From: Schmidtea polychroa
Lineage: Eukaryota
Assembly: GCA_044892525.1 (NCBI GenBank)
Contig: CM097885.1
Coordinates: 23,622,001 to 23,686,000, forward strand
Reading direction: 5' to 3'
DNA length: 64,000 bases
The notes under the pieces were generated by a model that searched no databases, had not been told where the DNA came from, and saw only the letters and a list, made by a program, of their open reading frames with translations. How positions within the stretch are numbered: the first letter of the stretch is position 1; every line of letters starts with the position of its first letter. Of the stretch, positions 52,142 through 64,000 are shown in pieces. A program made the translations under genes and the position numbers.

Positions 52142-52649
52142 ATATAAATTAATGTAAAATACGATAATTCGTTCCTTGCCGAAAAAAAATACTAAAAAAA
52201 ATTTATGTACATATACATTTATTGAATGAAAATTATATACATGATCATGTTGTTAAGGATGGTAAATCATCTTGATCTTTCTTTCTGTCGCGGAATAAAC
52301 CGACCTGTAATACGAATTCATTTTACAAAAATTAAAAAGTATTCGAAATGATAAGTTTGTTGTAATGATACATAACTAATTTTTTTTTACTAAAAAGCTT
52401 TCTAGTGACGTTTGTTTTTGGCGACGCTTCAAAATTTGGTGAAAAGGCAATACAGCATTATCATTAAATAAATTTGTAGCGCCGACAAATTTGGGAACCG
52501 ACATCGTTCACATTAATTTCTTCACTTATCTTATTCATAGTTCGTTAATAATCATCCACGTTTAGTACGACATTTCAACGAGAGTCTGATTTACGATCAG
52601 GTATAGGTGTAGGCTAGGAAGAATTTTTTTTCATTAAATCAAGTTTTCA

Positions 52650-52996
52650 TTTTTCATAACTACAATTCGTCATTTTCCCACGAAAATTCGTCGACGATAA
52701 TTTCTTCTCTCATCGCTCACCCCGTCAACACTGAAAAATCTGCTAATTCAATTCCAAAGAAACGTAAACGGCCGTCCCGAGTCGATCGAACAGCAAAACG
52801 AAGAGAAAAGATGGAGGCACTAGAGGCTTCGTTATTTGCTGCCCAATCAGCCATCACCAAGATCAATACCAATCCTCAGATAGCGGTACCACCTGATACC
52901 TACAGAATAATTTCATCGGCGACCGTAGCACTGACGAAAGATCCTCGGCTGCAGGTTGACATGGATGCCTTGCTGATCGAAGGCGATGCGATGTAG
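52650..52996 (+). CDS. Unknown basic/NLS-bearing ORF ending 80 bp before terminus copy 5
   Basis: Frame is open upstream of the listed ATG: ..IPKKRKRPSRVDRTAKRREKMEALEASLF... The basic motif resembles KKKIRPGKAARARIRQ of the 32.3 kb ORF. True start unknown. Confidence 0.45.
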
Positions 52997-53076
52997 TTAG
53001 ACGAATTCCGATTCATGAATGATTGACAACGTTTTTCACGTAACGGCTGTCGAATGGTATAGCAACATTGTATTCT

Positions 53077-53132
53077 GGGTTCCGTTGGAAACAACATGAA
53101 GGAATTAAATATAAATTTTCTGCAACCCTCCA
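53077..53132 (+). ncRNA. tRNA-like three-way junction with encoded 3' TCCA (copy 5, divergent)
   Basis: GGGTTCC-GTTG GAAA CAAC-ATGA-AGGAA..TTTCT-GCAACCC-TCCA. Compensatory C-G to T-A change in the GAAA hairpin. Confidence 0.6.
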
Positions 53133-53520
53133 GTTCTGTGATATACAATTTATAAGAATGAAAGAGCTAAATTTAATAGATCCCTTTTAAATAACCTGCA
53201 ATTCAGGATGGCACCCACCTTTCCTACACAATTTGTTAACATTCTCTTTTTTGTCAAAAATTTCACAAGGACGACCAACTTTCGTATCATAAGACACTAC
53301 CTGGTGACCATGTTTGAACTGGCTGATCCAATTGTGTATTATGGTTCAAGAGTGACATATATTGTCATAGGTTTCCAATTGAAACTTTCCATATATACTA
53401 ATCTTGTATCTCATTACACAAATTTACAAAATATTTGATATTAACAGATTATTATTGTTTCCAATTACTATTATAATTTAACCAGTTTTAGAACAATTCC
53501 AATATTGTGAATCATTAAAT

Positions 53521-56500
53521 CAGAGCCGGATCTATGGGGGGTGCAAAGGATGCGATTCACCCGGGCCCCCTCTCAAAAGGGCCCCGCCAAACACTTTTAT
53601 CTTTCCACTTTTTGTTATTTATATTTTTAAAAAAATTGCACTCATTTTCCATTTTTTATAATTTTTTTTTTGACAAAAAATAAAAAAAAGATAAAATTAT
53701 TTTTCCAAAAAAGACATTACTTTTTTTCGAAAATGGTTGTTGTAATATTTCTGCAGCTGTATGAAAATATAGCAAAGAAAATTCTTCGATTCAATGTTTA
53801 ATGGGTAGGGAAATTTTTAAATTAGATCTAGCATCACTGTTTGTTGCAAATACGTCAAAATTAAATTATTCCGCCATTTTCAAACAGCAAAAAGCAAAAA
53901 TGTAAATGTGCGTCTGTTTTTTTTACTAAAAATAATTAATTTAAAAAGTGATTTATATTAAAATTATAAAATTACTTGTATTTTGTTTTAAATATTTGTG
54001 CAAAACTACTAACGTTTATTTGATTTGTATTTTTTATATGTACATAAATATTTGTTTTTGAATAGAAGTTTTATATTAATATATTATTTTGTTTGACAAC
54101 AGCCACAATGTAAGTGTGACCTTTTTTTTCTAGAAGAAATAATTAATTTAAAAGCAATATTGGTATATTTCTTTTTAGAAAATTGTTTCCGAACAATGGA
54201 TATCAATTTTATATATCAATATATATGAAGATTTTAAAATATATTGTAAATGATCCATTTATCTACATTAATCTACTTTAACTGAGAACTGTCAAATTAC
54301 TGAAAAGCTACTAAAACATATACATTTATTTTTGAATAATTTTTGAATAGACTTTTTATATTTTATAAACAACAACCAAAAAGTAAGTGTTTCTTTTTTA
54401 TTAGAAATAATTTATGTATTTAAAATTTTATATATATATAAATTATATATATTTATATTTATATTTATACATATTTATATTAAAACTATAAAAATATTTA
54501 TACATATTTCTTTTTTTAGAAAATATCCCTGGAAAACTACTAATGTATATTAGATTTATAGATATACTAATTTTTGAATAAATTTTGAATAGTAATTTTA
54601 AATTATTTTGCAAACAACCAAAATGTAAGTGTGAGCCTTTTTTACTAGAAATAATGAATTTAAAATATTATTATTTTTCTTTTTAGAAAATTTGTTTTAG
54701 CATTGGGATATCAATTTTATATATCAATATATGTGAAGATTTTAAAATATATTCTAAATGATCCATTGTGAGCCTTTTTTACTAGGACTAGGACTATTAT
54801 AAAATAATTTAAAATTATTTATATTTTACAATCTAAACAACAAAATTATGAAAAGGACTTACTTGTCAGGAGCAGAGAAACGGAAAATATCAGAACGCAA
54901 GCAAATCGAAGACAAAAAGCAGCGTTTCAGTTTGAAATCGTGGTGTCAAAAAAGTTTAGTTCAAGTAAGGTTCCAGTAAGAAACGATGAAACAGAAACTC
55001 AAAATATTATATCTGTGGATGTATATGAAAATAACAATCATACCATAATAGATTTACCGTCACCGATTAGTATTTCTGTTGAAAAAAACAAAAACCCTAC
55101 CACAGACGATTTGGCGACTAGTACCGTGAATGATTATTTGTCAGATAATGAACTTCTGGTATCTCCATATGAAGGCAATAATAATAATGTTAGTTTAGAT
55201 GTAAATACGTTTAGTACTGATCCGAATGATTGGGCATTTCCGACATCTTCTGTTTTTAGATCTGCCGTTATTAAGTTAGGCCCAAAACAGATAAGTCTTA
55301 AAAACTTTCCAAAGAGTAGAAATGAAGTGTTTTGCTTTTGTTGTTTCTTGTTTGGAACTGAATCAGAAAAAGAAAATCGTTTCATTAAAGGATACAATAA
55401 GTGGCAAAAATTATCAGATATTATCCAAAAGCATGAAACTGGAAGTTTTCATATAAATTGTTTCCTGAAATGGAAAAAATTAGAAGATAATTTAAAAAAT
55501 GATAACTACAATTGATCAGCTTCTAATTTCATCAATAAATAAGAGGAAACAAGAACTTATTCAGATTCAAAGCAGAATTTTAGATGCTATTATCTTTTTG
55601 GCCGAACATAATTTAGCTTTTAGAGGTACTAGCGAAAACATTGGAAGTCCGAAAAATGGTAATTTTTTAGGTTTAATTGAATTTTTAGCCAAATATGATA
55701 CGATACTGAACGATCATCTTGAAAAAATTAAATCTAAAAACATACATATCCACTACCTTTCTAAGACTATTCAAAATCAGTTTATTGTATTACTGGCTAA
55801 TGAGATATCTAAAAAATAATTTCAAAAGTCAAAGTCCAAATATTTCAGTATTCAGGTAGATTGTACGCCTGATATATCCCATAAGGAACAAACTACATTA
55901 ATTTTAAGATACGTTTTTCAGGATCTCGAAGCAAAACAGTATAAAATAAATGAAAGTTTTTTATGTTTTCTAGAGGCTTCTGACACAACAGGAGAAGGAC
56001 TAACTAAATTAATATTATGCGAGCTCGAAAGAAATGGTATTGAAATTCAAAATTGCAGAGGACAAGCTTATGATAATGGTGCAAACATGAAAGGCAAATA
56101 CAAAGGAGTCCAAGCAAGAATATGTGATTTAAATCATCTTGCGTTATATGTTCCTTGTTTAGTTCATAACTTTAATTTGCTTTTATGCGATGCTGCTTCA
56201 TCCTCTCTACAGTGTAAGAACTTATTTGGAAATTTACAACGTCTTCATCCACTAAAAGTTGGGAAATTTTAATAAAATACGTACATATAACATTAAAACC
56301 TTTGAGTGAAACTCGTTGGGAGGCCAGAGTCAGTAAAACCTGTAGTATCTCAATTGCCGCTAATACGTGAAGCTTTAGAAGAACTAGCAGCAACATCAAA
56401 TGATTCAAAAACAGTTTCATAAGCCAATGCTATACTAGATTATATCGTAACAATGCCATTTCTTGTATCATTAATTGTATGGAAAAATATTCTAATTGAT

Positions 56501-57674
56501 ATCAATAAAATAAATAAAATGCTACAAGCAGAAGCAGTAGTTCTGAGTGCAGCTATTGGTTTGGTTGATGCAGTGTTAATAAAACTACAAAACTACCGTT
56601 CATCACTTTTCGAGGAAGCTGTTAAAGAAGCTCAAATCATTGCAGAAACACTAAATGTTTCAACAGATTTTCCGGTGATTCGATTGCGCAAAAGGAAACG
56701 GTTATTTGATGAAATTTGTAGCGATGAAATGCCAGCTGATCCAGTTTTAAATTTTAAGATTTCATTTTTTCTTCGATTAATAGACATAATTTCATATGAA
56801 TTAGAAAGCAGATTTGCTGATGCAAAAGCAATTTGCAGCAAATTTAATTTTTTACTTAATTTAAAAAATATATCAGACGTGCAATTACAAGATTCTTGTA
56901 AAGAATTTATATCATTTTATACTGGAGATGTATCCACTCATTTAATTTCGGAAATTTTTTTGATAAAAACTTTTATTCCAGCAGAATTCGACAGCAAAAA
57001 TCTTTTGGATGTTTTAAATTTTTTAACACCACAATATTCTGATATATTTCCTAATTTTATAATTGCGTTGCGTATATTTTTAACCTTTTCTGTAACTGTT
57101 GCTAGCGCAGAGAGATCATTCAATAAGTTGAAGCTAATTAAAACTTACCTTCGTTCTACTATGGCTCAAGAAAGATTATCGTCATTGGCGTTATTGTCGA
57201 TCGAAGTAGATGAAGCAAAATCAATAAATTTTAGTCAATAGATATCTGTTTTTGCGGAAGAAAAGGCAAGGAGGCTTAAATAAGAGTTATGTTTTTCGTA
57301 TTTTTATTTTGGATTTTTATCTTAAATAAATTTCTATACTATTTACAAAAGTTCAACAAGTTGCAAATGAATTTTAAGTGCAATTTTTTTTATGTTTTTT
57401 TTTCGTTATATATTTTTTTGTTGTTTAATTATATTAATATAAATAAATAATTATTTTTTCTCTTAAAAGCTAATTATATTTAAAAAAAATCAAGTATTTT
57501 TTTAATAGCTGTGAATAATAAAAGTAAATAAATAAATCATGTTATTGTATTAATTAAAACTTATTGTTATTTTATTTTATTAGAAGAATAATTTTTTTTG
57601 AATGAATGGAAGAGGGCCCCAAAATCAAAATCGCTTCTTGCACCTGGGCCTCCAAGTGGCTAGATCCGGCGCTG
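53521..57674 (+). mobile_element. Full-length hAT element, ZMYM1-like transposase pseudogene (54848 to ~57281)
   Basis: TIRs CAGAGCCGGATCTA / TAGATCCGGCGCTG. Perfect TSD CATTAAAT. Motifs HNLAFRG, VDCTPDISHKEQ, RGQAYDNGANMKG, ETRWE, TVASAERSFNKLKLIKTYLRSTM. Internal ~250-bp repeats at 54.0-54.8 kb. Confidence 0.96.
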
Positions 57675-57909
57675 CATTAAATGAATGAAATTTCTCTCTA
57701 AAAGTCATGATTGATATAAATTTCATTATAATATTTGCTCAAATTTACATTTTACAATAATAAATCATTTCTTATTCATTAGTTCTTGTAATCAACTATT
57801 TTAATTTAAAATTAAACGAACCAGATCAGGATATTTACAAATTTAGATTCATGAAATTTAGTACCTCTTCAAATATTTTCATTATACTATATTTGAACCT
57901 AATTACAAT

Positions 57910-57966
57910 TGGTGGGTTACAGGTAGTCAAACATCTTACCCTTTCGTGCTGTTTCCAGCGTAACCC
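57910..57966 (-). ncRNA. tRNA-like three-way junction with encoded 3' ACCA (copy 3)
   Basis: Minus: GGGTTAC-GCTG GAAA CAGC-ACGAAA-GGGTA(11 nt)TACCT-GTAACCC-ACCA. The terminal G-U pair is valid only on the minus strand. Confidence 0.6.
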
Positions 57967-58461
57967 AGAATACAATGATGATCCTATCAATTGATACCCG
58001 ATGAATGATTAAGTGGGTTTCTTACATACTCTTCTTCTCCGCCTGAGAGCATCATCAAATCAAGTTTCAACGGTTACACAACGAATATTAAGCCCTTGCG
58101 CGCATTCTAAATTCTAAATTATAGAATCGAAATCAAAACAATTTGAAGCAATGAAAACAAACTAATGCTGGATCAAAATTTTCTGTTGTTTGATGACTGA
58201 ATTTAATCTCAAAATTACCGCATCATGAATTCAAAATTATACAGAAATTAGAAATAAGCAATCCGAAGCTGAGATTTGGTGATTATTTTTCGGATTTCGA
58301 GTTTTTAAATAATGCATTGTTAACAACAGGTTATTATGTGTACACGTGAAATTCAGTTTTGCAGCGTACTAGCGCTATTCTTAGGCAATCCAATCTTGAT
58401 TGATAGCCGACAATAAATGTTGTCTTTCAACATTCATTTTCATTATACCTTAGACACACAA

Positions 58462-58464
<3 letters not shown>

Positions 58465-58502
<38 letters not shown>
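58465..58502. repeat. (TA)n microsatellite
   Basis: Visible run. Confidence 0.95.
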
Positions 58503-58506
<4 letters not shown>

Positions 58507-58572
58507 TTTGCTGACTTCATTAAGGTTTTTCATAATAATCCAATTATATTCCGATTGAGCCCCAAATTTCCG

Positions 58573-58602
58573 TGGTCGGTTGCAGGTAACCTACATTATA
58601 CC
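58573..58602 (-). repeat. Truncated terminus copy (last hairpin, 3' stem strand and ACCA only)
   Basis: Plus TGGTCGGTTGCAGGTAACCTACATTATACC aligns with TGGTGGGTTACAGGTAAGCAAACATTTTACC (43802-43832). Confidence 0.5.
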
Positions 58603-60735
58603 AAAATTTATTTTGAGGATTTTTGATTGTGAAATATTTTGTAAATATCCTATGCGTGATTTTCTTTCCACCTCCAGCTCTTAGTTGGGTTGTCTGTAAA
58701 AATTTACAAACTACGGTGCCTGTCCCTTCGATGCGGGCGTGTAGGTTGATGATTTTAATCTTTATAGTTGAATAACTTGGACTTGCATGTTTTGTGTTTG
58801 ATTTAAAAAATTAGACTTTAGTTTTTGTGACTTTTGAAAATTTTGGGAAAATATTGATTTCTGAAAATGTGGGAAAAATAATTTTGGGTGTTTTTAAAAT
58901 TTGGGGAATTTCGAGTTTGAAAAATTTGGGAAATTTATTTTTTAGACTTTTTAAATTTTAGGAAAATTTTGAATTGGGCAATTTATTTTAGGGATTTTTT
59001 GAGCTGGAATTATTTATTATCCTATGTGATTTTTTCTTGTAATTTGTTGATTTTTTCCAAGTATTTTTATATAAAAATTTCTAAGTCGAGTGGTGTGACC
59101 TTCATTTTAAAGTACTTTCATATTTAATAAAAAAGTTTTCTAAGTATTTTATTAAAGCTTTTGTTCATTGTCCCACCGTTTGTTGAAGAATATGATTTTA
59201 TTTCTATAATATAAGATTTTCTATGTTTGATAATATACGAATGATGTTATATTATGGCATTTGATGCTGATGTTATTCACTGTCTCGTCGTGTGTGAAGT
59301 ATATGATTTTAATTCTATAATATAAGACTGTTAGGATCATCATAATATATAGAAGTTGTTAAATTATGACGTAAATTTAGAGACTTTGGAGCTCATTTCC
59401 ATGGAAACTATACATTTTTTCTATATAAAGACTATATATTTTCGTGTCCGTTATAAAATTCTGTGTTGTCCTGGAATATCTTCAGGGGGTAGTGGTGTGG
59501 ATGGGACATATCCATCTACTTAAATGCATTTTTCAAAAAAATATTTTAATTTAACTTCAACACAAAGTATCAAATTATTTAGTTAACTTAATTGTATGAA
59601 AAATGATGTACTATAATTTCGATTCAGCTTATTGTCGACACTTCAATCTCGAATCCTAAGAAAATTAGCTGTGCAATATTATCAATAAATCAAATTCAAA
59701 CATGTCTAACGAAGTCACTGAAATCGAACTGGAACTGAACAAGTCGAATCAACTGAAGCAGTTACTGAAGAAGTTGAAGAATCATCAAATCGAGTCAAAA
59801 TCAATGGATCAAATATGCCAGAAAAGCAGGAAACAATAACCTTGAGCTTATTAACAATGATATCTCTGATGATGGTCAAGATCTTCAACAATGTTAATTA
59901 CAATAAATTCTTTCTTCAAATTAATTGTATGTATGTAAGGGAATATGTAAGAATAATCTATATTTTTTTAATTTGCAATTTGCTTTATTGAAATTAGTCC
60001 GGTAAATTTATTTTTGGTTCATTAAAATGCAAGATTTATTTACTTTATCTGATAGCAGTTTGCAATAACTTATCGATAGCATGTATTGAATTCGATCTAT
60101 AGTTTATGCTGTGGTTCATCGTTATGGTAGATAGTTGCTACAGCAATTAAAATTCTAACAACTAGTGTGGAACTATTTTTATTAGGCAATTTTACGAATA
60201 GACTTTACAATTTATAAATAGGATTATTGTATACTGTCAATAAAGTAATTTATTTTATTGAAAAAGGCAAACGTAATTAACAAAACCTTTAAGCTTGATT
60301 ATAATTTGCAGCTAAACATGAAACAATATAGATGAGAACTCTAATGAAATTGTTAGGTCTGTATAACTTATTAGTTTGAAATATTTAGTTGACGATGATA
60401 TCCCAAATTTAGTTTGAAAGGTGAAACGATAGATTTTTATTCACAAGTCGATTAAAATTTCGATAAATAAACTATTTTTGTGTATAATAAAATTTAACTG
60501 ACTAATGTAGATCTAATTTTCTTTCCATTCCTATGTTTTCCATTGAATGTCTAGCAAAGTAAAGACCATGAACCAAATTGGAGATATTTTCTTTATCAAT
60601 AGACCGTGGACCTGAGAATTTTAACTAATTATGGTTCTCAGGAGCGGGCTTGCTTTTTAATAAAATTCATCTATTCGGCACATTACCAACTTTGTCTATT
60701 CAACAGTGTCGGGTGATAGGGAAGCGTTGTATTCT

Positions 60736-60791
60736 GTGATAAGCTGGAAACAGCATGAAAGAGTATAATTTTAGTTACCTGTAACCCAGCA
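60736..60791 (+). ncRNA. Decayed tRNA-like three-way junction (copy 4; ends AGCA)
   Basis: GTGATAA-GCTG GAAA CAGC-ATGAAA-GAGTA..TACCT-GTAACCC-AGCA. Upstream hairpin TCGGCAC/GTGTCGG at 60675-60712. Confidence 0.5.
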
Positions 60792-61048
60792 GCAAAATCC
60801 TCAACGTGGTAATATAAATGCTTAAAAATATCTTAGATATTATATAATAGATACGCTTAAATTTATTACAGATAATTTATTAAAGGTAAAGAAAACTTGT
60901 CAAGTTTAAAAATATTTCTATAATATTTTGCATGATGATTGAAATGGTTAGGGCGAGGGTTATATAATGTCAATTATAAATAATGTAATTTAAATCGAAT
61001 TTATAATTTATAATTATTTGAATCTGAAAGTGGCTGGTTGTCATTAAC

Positions 61049-62041
61049 ATGGAGAAATATATATCAAAATTAATGGCGGTTGTTGAATTTTTGTTGACAT
61101 ATCTTCAAATCATCTTATTGTTTGTTGGAATTTCTATCATGGCATTTGGGGTCGTCCTTATTACTTCAAATGATATTTTAGTCGACGACATTTATAAAGA
61201 TGTGACAAGTTCCATGATAACCTACATGAACGACCACAATATGACATTCTCTGAGCGCTGGAAAGGCAATAATACCTGGATAATGCACCGAGAAATATTA
61301 TTAGCAACACAATATTTAATAAAATCCGCCTTTCGATCTTTCGTATGGTTTGGGAAATTTTACATTTTTTTCGGACTAGGAATTACTTTGACTTGTTTAA
61401 TTGGACTAATTGGATTCTCAACTAAAAGTATGGTTATCGTGCTAGTATTTTCACTGGGGTCTCTAACAATGGCGGCGTGCATGATTGAATTTATCATCGA
61501 TTTGACTGAACGAATATATTTCATTAGCTATCAAACCTTGACTGAATTATACAGCTTCTTTGATCCGGAAATGTGCAGTATTTGCTGGACGAAAAGGAAA
61601 ACAAAAAGATTAAGATATCTCAAAGATCATTTGTCGAATCTTATTGCAGTTGGGTCGGCTGTCTATCAATGTTGTGGAATCGCGAGTTATAGAGAAATGA
61701 TTAGGATTTATAACCAGTCAATTACTCCAAAACAGTGTTGCAAACCCAAAGTGAGTGATAAGGACTGTCAAAGGAAGCTTCCTAAATTTATTTTTAAACC
61801 ATGCCTAAGACCCCTTGCAAAGTTTATCAAACGTTATTCGTTATTGAGATATAATGATTTAATATTTGGGCCGATTATAATCGCTCTACTGAGTGCTGCG
61901 ATTGGATCTTTTTTTATCACAGTCTTTGACATGTATGAACAACAATCGCATTGCTTCCGTATTTACAAGGAAAGAATGGCGATAAAATCAAACTCTAAAC
62001 AAAAGGAAATCATGAACGATGAAGATTTTAATATGTTGTAG
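61049..62041 (+). CDS. Tetraspanin family protein, intronless, 330 aa
   Basis: Four hydrophobic segments, CCG motif (YQCCGIASY), P-x-x-CC and further Cys in the large extracellular loop; intact ORF. Confidence 0.88.
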   Translation: MEKYISKLMAVVEFLLTYLQIILLFVGISIMAFGVVLITSNDILVDDIYKDVTSSMITYMNDHNMTFSERWKGNNTWIMHREILLATQYLIKSAFRSFVWFGKFYIFFGLGITLTCLIGLIGFSTKSMVIVLVFSLGSLTMAACMIEFIIDLTERIYFISYQTLTELYSFFDPEMCSICWTKRKTKRLRYLKDHLSNLIAVGSAVYQCCGIASYREMIRIYNQSITPKQCCKPKVSDKDCQRKLPKFIFKPCLRPLAKFIKRYSLLRYNDLIFGPIIIALLSAAIGSFFITVFDMYEQQSHCFRIYKERMAIKSNSKQKEIMNDEDFNML

Positions 62042-63154
62042 AAAATTGCAGATCTTTTGGAACTTAGGAAATAAGAATTTAGTTGAAAATATCCAAAGAA
62101 TCTTAGCTACTAAATGACTTTTATTTATTTGTAAAATAGAGAAACTAATTTTAAATAAAATAAGTTCATTTACTTTGAAAATTCGTACAAAATTTAAATT
62201 TTTTACAATATTAAGTCTTCTTTAATGAAGAGACTCGCAATAAGATTACAACATTAATTTCCGAAATCATGCTATTTGTGATCAACGTTCCCTCTAAGGC
62301 GAGAGGATCTCTGTGTGAAAAGCCAAAAGACTGATCTGGTCAAATCACACCAAATGTGCAAGTGCAGCATAATTTTTACAATGATGCAAATTGGTGACTT
62401 AGCATTCGTAGTTGATGTTATTATTTAATTACATTTGTTTATATATTACAAAATTCAAAATAAGTTCAAATAGTAAGGGTTTTGTTTGGTCTGGTGGTTT
62501 TTGGCTCGCGATAGCTTGTGATAACTTTGAGGGAATTTCAAAACGGCCGCGAATGCCAAAAGCTTAGACAAAACTTTGGTACTGATCTATGTCAGTTCTG
62601 AACCAATCACCTAATGTGTATTAAATCATTACATAATTCTCGAGCGACAAAATGATGACACAGTCATACAAATTATTACATAAGCCTCGTTCTATCGAGA
62701 ACTTTTAATAAAATCATTCTTTAATCTCAAATTAATTATAAAGTAGATAATTCAGTTTGTTATTTAGAAAAATTATTTTAGAATTTAGAATCTTTTGTAA
62801 TTTGTCGTCGTTTATGTAAGTTTAATTTAATTTGAATTTAATTTAAAATTATTTAGATACTTAGAAACCTGTTGCACGTTGAACCCCCGCTATTCGCTGG
62901 GTGAGAAAAACTCCTTAATGCAAAAAGATGTGTACACCATGAACCACTCAGATACATTCTCTATAGTAGGGGTTAGTGTACACAGCAATTGGTCTACAAT
63001 TTGTGCCTCATCAATTTAATGAATTTTATTTTTCTGGAAATTTATTTTAGCCATTTTAGAAATGGCTTTGAGGTAAGATGTTTAATTTTAAGTAAATTTT
63101 AAGGCTTGAATTTTAATTTTATTGAATTTTAATTTTTAATTCGAAGAAGAACAT

Positions 63155-63721
63155 ATGCTTAATGTAAAAAAGTACGTGATCTTATTGGAGAAATACTCGG
63201 TAAATTGTTCTCCAGGTGCGTTAAATTACTTAGAAAACGCCATTCACCATACAGCATATTATACTCGCCACCGATATAATTGCCAAGAAGAATTTACTAA
63301 AGAAAATCCCAATCTAGGAATGACAACTGACACTCGATCGCAATTAAACAAATTAGAAATGTTTAGAAATTATCAAAATTCAGAAATAGAAAGACAAGAA
63401 AAAGAAAAATTATACAAAGAAAAACTAGCAGATAAAGATTTTGAACGGCAAGAAAGAGAGAAAGCTCGTGAAATGTTGCGCAACAATTGTAAAAATATCT
63501 ACAACATGCAGCAAATCAACAATATTAATAGAGAAGCTGTGAGAGCTTTCAATAAAAGGAAAGCCGTGAAATTGCAACTAGACAATAAGATCATTGAAAC
63601 AAAACCGAAATTTAATTTTAATAAAAGAATTACTGTTAGAGATCTCTACGTGATGCTGAAAAAAAGAAAATCTTTAAAATTCTCAGGATACTCAAAGTTA
63701 TTAGAACTTATCAAAAACTAA
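63155..63721 (+). CDS. Divergent TAF4-like protein (histone-fold plus conserved C-terminal region only), intronless
   Basis: TTDTRSQLNKLE ~ TAF4 ASDVRAQLKFFE; EKAREM ~ QKAKEM; NINREAVRAFNKRK ~ DANLTALAAIGPRKKRK; KRITVRDLYVML ~ TRVNLRDLIFCL. Alignment by eye. Confidence 0.65.
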   Translation: MLNVKKYVILLEKYSVNCSPGALNYLENAIHHTAYYTRHRYNCQEEFTKENPNLGMTTDTRSQLNKLEMFRNYQNSEIERQEKEKLYKEKLADKDFERQEREKAREMLRNNCKNIYNMQQINNINREAVRAFNKRKAVKLQLDNKIIETKPKFNFNKRITVRDLYVMLKKRKSLKFSGYSKLLELIKN

Positions 63722-64000
63722 AAACAAGCTTTGTGATATGTTTGTCATTATGTCACTTAATATTAATATAATTTTATTATTTAATTAGTTTCAATTATGA
63801 TTTAAATTGAGAGATTTCGATATATTTAATATTTATCTCATGGGTTTTATTCTAGTTCTACTACTACACCGCTTGTATACATTCGTTTGTCTTGCTTTTA
63901 TACTCTTATGATATGTCAAGGCAACCCTCAGGGTGCAGTTTGAGTTCTTCCCACTATTCCTCTCTCAAAAAAATGTCTCAAAAACCATAAATTCCATATA

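Noticed and set aside
62870-62990. Helitron-like end (short GC hairpin)
   Set aside because: No CTRR terminus, partner end or Rep/Hel fragment recognised.

Overview
Very AT-rich eukaryotic (probably metazoan) scaffold with six N-gaps; a planarian/flatworm-like source is a weak inference. Most of it is nested mobile DNA: a full-length piggyBac (47397-49888), a full-length hAT with perfect 8-bp TSD (53521-57674), Tigger/pogo, mariner, Merlin and second hAT remnants, several MITEs, and a decayed Polinton/adintovirus block (capsid, protease, protein-primed PolB; ~29.1-31.9 kb). Host-type coding: an intronless tetraspanin, a divergent intronless TAF4-like ORF, a 33-codon eIF3f 5' fragment and a few unassigned exons. 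The main unexplained signal is a dispersed family of ~56-59 nt RNA three-way junctions: a 7-bp GGGTT(A/G)C/G(T/C)AACCC stem, a GAAA-tetraloop hairpin, a second hairpin and a genomically encoded 3' NCCA. It occurs as five complete copies (32.0, 43.8, 57.9 kb minus; 53.1, 60.7 kb plus) and three partial ones (23.9, 52.1, 58.6 kb). The copies show compensatory base changes, and several sit just 3' of small unannotated basic/coiled-coil ORFs on the same strand. The opposite strand reads like an LTR-PBS junction (CA-AT-TGGTGGGTTAC), so one hypothesis is a retroelement family that encodes its own tRNA-mimic primer or 3' end. No RT, integrase or RdRp is visible in the window, so the mechanism is inference.
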